Part shown: one piece after another, positions 61,627 through 64,000 of the stretch
Numbering within the stretch: position 1 is the first letter of the stretch
How the letters are laid out: each line of letters opens with the position of its first letter
DNA from: Methanobacteriota archaeon
GTDB taxonomy: Archaea > Thermoplasmatota > Poseidoniia > Poseidoniales > Poseidoniaceae
Direction of reading: 5' to 3'
Assembly (NCBI GenBank): GCA_004195515.1
Contig: PSPR01000021.1
Coordinates: 867 to 64,866, forward strand
DNA length: 64,000 bases
Position numbers and translations under genes: made by a program
The notes under the pieces: generated by a model
Database searches by the model: none
What the model saw: the letters and a program-made list of their open reading frames with translations, nothing else
What the model was told of the DNA's origin: nothing

Positions 61627-62364
61627 ATGAGCGGATATCGCTTGGTATGGTTCCAACACTTGCACAAGGCCGCAGGCACCTATGTCATCCGGAGGGCTAT
61701 GGCTAACGGTGAAACCTTTTGGCCAAATAATGAGAATGGCAACCCGGTAGAAAACGAAAAAGTGATCCCACTTTGGAAGTTCGACCCGACTCAATTAAGA
61801 GAATTTGTAGACAGATGTGAAAAAGACGGAATTACATTTGTTGCTTGTGAGTGGGGTGGTCCGGAATACGACGTACTCGCAAGTGATGAAAGGGTTATTC
61901 TTCTCACCAGCTTGAGGGATCCCGTCAAGCGCTTGGTATCGAATTATAATTACGATCATTATTGGATGTGGACCAAAGCAACTTCATATTCAGAATATTT
62001 ATCCGAAGGAAATTTGCACTCATCACCTGAATATTATACTCGAATATTTTCTAGAGAAATAGATTTATCAAATTCGATAAAAGAAGTTCATTATACCCAA
62101 GCCATGGATAATTTAAAGAAATTTGACCATGTGATCATCGCAGAAAATGGAATGGCTGCACTAAATGAATTCGGATGGATAAAAGAATCGGATACGACCC
62201 ATCCCACATTTGGTAATAGGATTAGAATTTTGCATTTATTGAGGAAATTAAGATTTAAACGCGGTTGGAATTATTTCAAGCAGAAAAAACATCTTCCTCC
62301 GAGCGAATTAAATATCGAAGAATTAAATAAATTCGACATTTCACTTTATAATAAATTGAATTAG
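61627..62364 (+). CDS. Sulfotransferase-family protein (Sulfotransfer_2/3-like)
   Basis: The 5'-PSB-like 'FQHLHKAAGTYV' and 3'-PB-like 'SLRDPVKRLVSNYNY' motifs. Confidence 0.6.
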   Translation: MSGYRLVWFQHLHKAAGTYVIRRAMANGETFWPNNENGNPVENEKVIPLWKFDPTQLREFVDRCEKDGITFVACEWGGPEYDVLASDERVILLTSLRDPVKRLVSNYNYDHYWMWTKATSYSEYLSEGNLHSSPEYYTRIFSREIDLSNSIKEVHYTQAMDNLKKFDHVIIAENGMAALNEFGWIKESDTTHPTFGNRIRILHLLRKLRFKRGWNYFKQKKHLPPSELNIEELNKFDISLYNKLN

Positions 62365-62373
62365 GTGTCAAAA

Positions 62374-62544
62374 ATGAAAGATGGTTATGATGCAAAACCG
62401 ATGAAATCTCCTAATTTGGCCGGATTGGTGATGGGCCGAGGTTGGGAAGAAGCAAAAATAATTCGCGTTGGGTTGGTTTTAGAAAAAGAGTTTCCGCGCC
62501 AATTACCACCGAACCATGTCGACATCATGGGCCAATTGCAGTAA
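62374..62544 (+). CDS. Possible small ORF (56 aa), unlisted
   Basis: Hand-translated: MKDGYDAKPMKSPNLAGLVMGRGWEEAKIIRVGLVLEKEFPRQLPPNHVDIMGQLQ. AGGTG lies 6 nt upstream of the ATG. It overlaps the 3' end of the convergent asparaginase gene by 20 nt. Confidence 0.3.
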   Translation: MKDGYDAKPMKSPNLAGLVMGRGWEEAKIIRVGLVLEKEFPRQLPPNHVDIMGQLQ

Positions 62545-63460
62545 AGATTTCACCGTTTCGATAACTCCCTCGATACATCAACATCGTTTGGAATGGAAGT
62601 TCGATATTACCCTTGGAATCTATTGCAATCACTCCACCTCTCCCGCCGAGGGGCTCGACCATTTCCAACATTGAGTTACATGCTTTTTCAAGATTTTGAC
62701 CTAATCTCATTCGGGTTGAAATCTCATGAGCAGCACAAGTTCGAATGTAAGCTTCACCAACACCGGTGCAAGAAACCGCAACTGAAGGATCACACCAAGT
62801 CCCCGCCCCAATGATAGGGGTATCACCAATTCGGCCATCGGGCTTCCCGGTCATCCCGCCAGTACTGGTCGCAGCAGCGAGATTTCCTTCTTTATCCAAT
62901 GCGACCGCACCGACGGTGCCCATACCTTGGTCACCGTCGTGGTCCAAGATTACAGAGTCGTCTTCATCGGTTGAACCCGGTCTTGAATTTGCATCTTTCC
63001 ATTTTTGCCATTGGGCTTGGCGCAAATCGGTAATAAGCCATTCTTGTTCGACTTGTTCGACGCCATTTTCGAGGCCGAATCTATCCGCGGCTTTGCCATT
63101 CAACATAACTGGCCAGCCTTTTTGAAGAATTTTTTGAGCAACCCTAATCGGATGACGAGACTTTTGGATATTGACTACGGACCCAACTGCACTATCACGA
63201 CCTCTCATGATACTCGCATCCATGGTTACAGATCCATTAGCGGCGATTACCGAACCCTTACCCGCATTGAACAAAGGTTCGTCTTCGAGCATTTCAACCG
63301 CAATAGTCACCGCTTCCTCAGCACAGATGCCAGATTCTAACATCGATCCAACCGTCGAAAGTACAGATTCCATGCAAAGAATTCTTACAGGATCCAAATC
63401 GGTTGGGCCCTTCCAAGGGCCATCACCGCCAGCACCACCGTGGATGGCAAGGCGAGGCAT
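62525..63460 (-). CDS. Isoaspartyl peptidase / plant-type L-asparaginase (Ntn hydrolase)
   Basis: 'LAIHGGAGG', the autocleavage site 'GTVGAVALD' and 'TSTGGMTGKPDGRIGDTPIIGAG'. I chose the start at ATG 63460. Confidence 0.85.
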   Translation of the reverse strand: MPRLAIHGGAGGDGPWKGPTDLDPVRILCMESVLSTVGSMLESGICAEEAVTIAVEMLEDEPLFNAGKGSVIAANGSVTMDASIMRGRDSAVGSVVNIQKSRHPIRVAQKILQKGWPVMLNGKAADRFGLENGVEQVEQEWLITDLRQAQWQKWKDANSRPGSTDEDDSVILDHDGDQGMGTVGAVALDKEGNLAAATSTGGMTGKPDGRIGDTPIIGAGTWCDPSVAVSCTGVGEAYIRTCAAHEISTRMRLGQNLEKACNSMLEMVEPLGGRGGVIAIDSKGNIELPFQTMLMYRGSYRNGEIFTAIGP

Positions 63461-63467
63461 TTTTGTA

Positions 63468-63953
63468 TCACTCACATCTAGAGACCGAAACGATTCGTTG
63501 AGGTTGAGTTGGACGGTCTCCCGGCATTTTTTGGCAATTTTCAATCGCCTTTACAATGTCCATTCCCTCAACGACTTCGCCGAAAACTGCGTGGTTTCCA
63601 TTGAGCCATGGAGTTGCGACCGTGGTTAGGAAGAATTGTGAGCCACCAGTATTTGGTCCAGAATTTGCCATCGAGAAAATCCCAGGACGGTCGTGCTTCA
63701 TATCTAGAGCGGATCGCTCACAAGGGATTTTCCAACCCGGGCCGCCGGTACCGGAGCGTCGACTCATAGGATCTTTGGAGTGAGGGCATCCACCTTGAAT
63801 CATGAATTGCTCGATAACACGATGAAAGTGAAGTCCATCATAGAAGCCCATGTCAACCAATTTCAGGAAATTTCCTGTGGTCTCAGGTGCTTCATCTGTA
63901 AACAGATTAATCTTGATATTTCCAGCGCTGGTTTCCATCATGACGTGGGTCAT
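63468..63953 (-). CDS. ppiB: Cytoplasmic cyclophilin-type peptidyl-prolyl isomerase
   Basis: 'FHRVIEQFMIQGG', 'GSQFFL' and 'HAVFGEV'. Confidence 0.88.
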   Translation of the reverse strand: MTHVMMETSAGNIKINLFTDEAPETTGNFLKLVDMGFYDGLHFHRVIEQFMIQGGCPHSKDPMSRRSGTGGPGWKIPCERSALDMKHDRPGIFSMANSGPNTGGSQFFLTTVATPWLNGNHAVFGEVVEGMDIVKAIENCQKMPGDRPTQPQRIVSVSRCE

Positions 63954-64000
63954 GTTTACTGGCTGGTCAGCGCCCGTTGATGACCCTTTCCACCAATTGA

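Overview
This is a gene-dense (roughly 90% coding, both strands) chromosomal segment that is clearly archaeal. It encodes TFB, topoisomerase VI A+B, RNA polymerase subunit P, an RFC small-subunit homologue, diphthine synthase, Trm5, the GATase subunit of a split GMP synthase, archaeal-type phosphopantothenate synthetase, a THEP1 NTPase and a Pcc1-like protein. The gene content fits a marine planktonic Thermoplasmatota / Marine Group II-like (Poseidoniales-like) genome: many exported or membrane-tethered proteins including a 1667-aa adhesin, an exported M24 peptidase, a bacterial-type acyltransferase, and about 45% GC by eye. That taxonomic placement is inference only. I call about 66 CDS, 2 tRNAs (Asp-GUC, Arg-CCU), one doubly frameshifted nadC pseudogene, a non-coding tandem 87/86-nt repeat carrying a tRNA 3'-end-like sequence, and in-frame coding tandem repeats. 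I saw no rRNA, CRISPR array, transposase or integrase. The most interesting observations are: (i) a 764-nt ORF-free, hairpin-rich gap (59392-60155) that looks like a large structured RNA I cannot name; (ii) a TerB-TerB-N6-adenine DNA methyltransferase cassette (43282-46359); (iii) a translationally coupled flavoprotein-HIT-acyltransferase operon (17550-21165); (iv) the tandem repeat beside tRNA-Arg; (v) four convergent gene pairs whose stop codons abut with zero spacer. All functional calls rest on motif-level recognition in the translated ORFs. No database search, RNA folding or statistics were run, and start codons are often uncertain.
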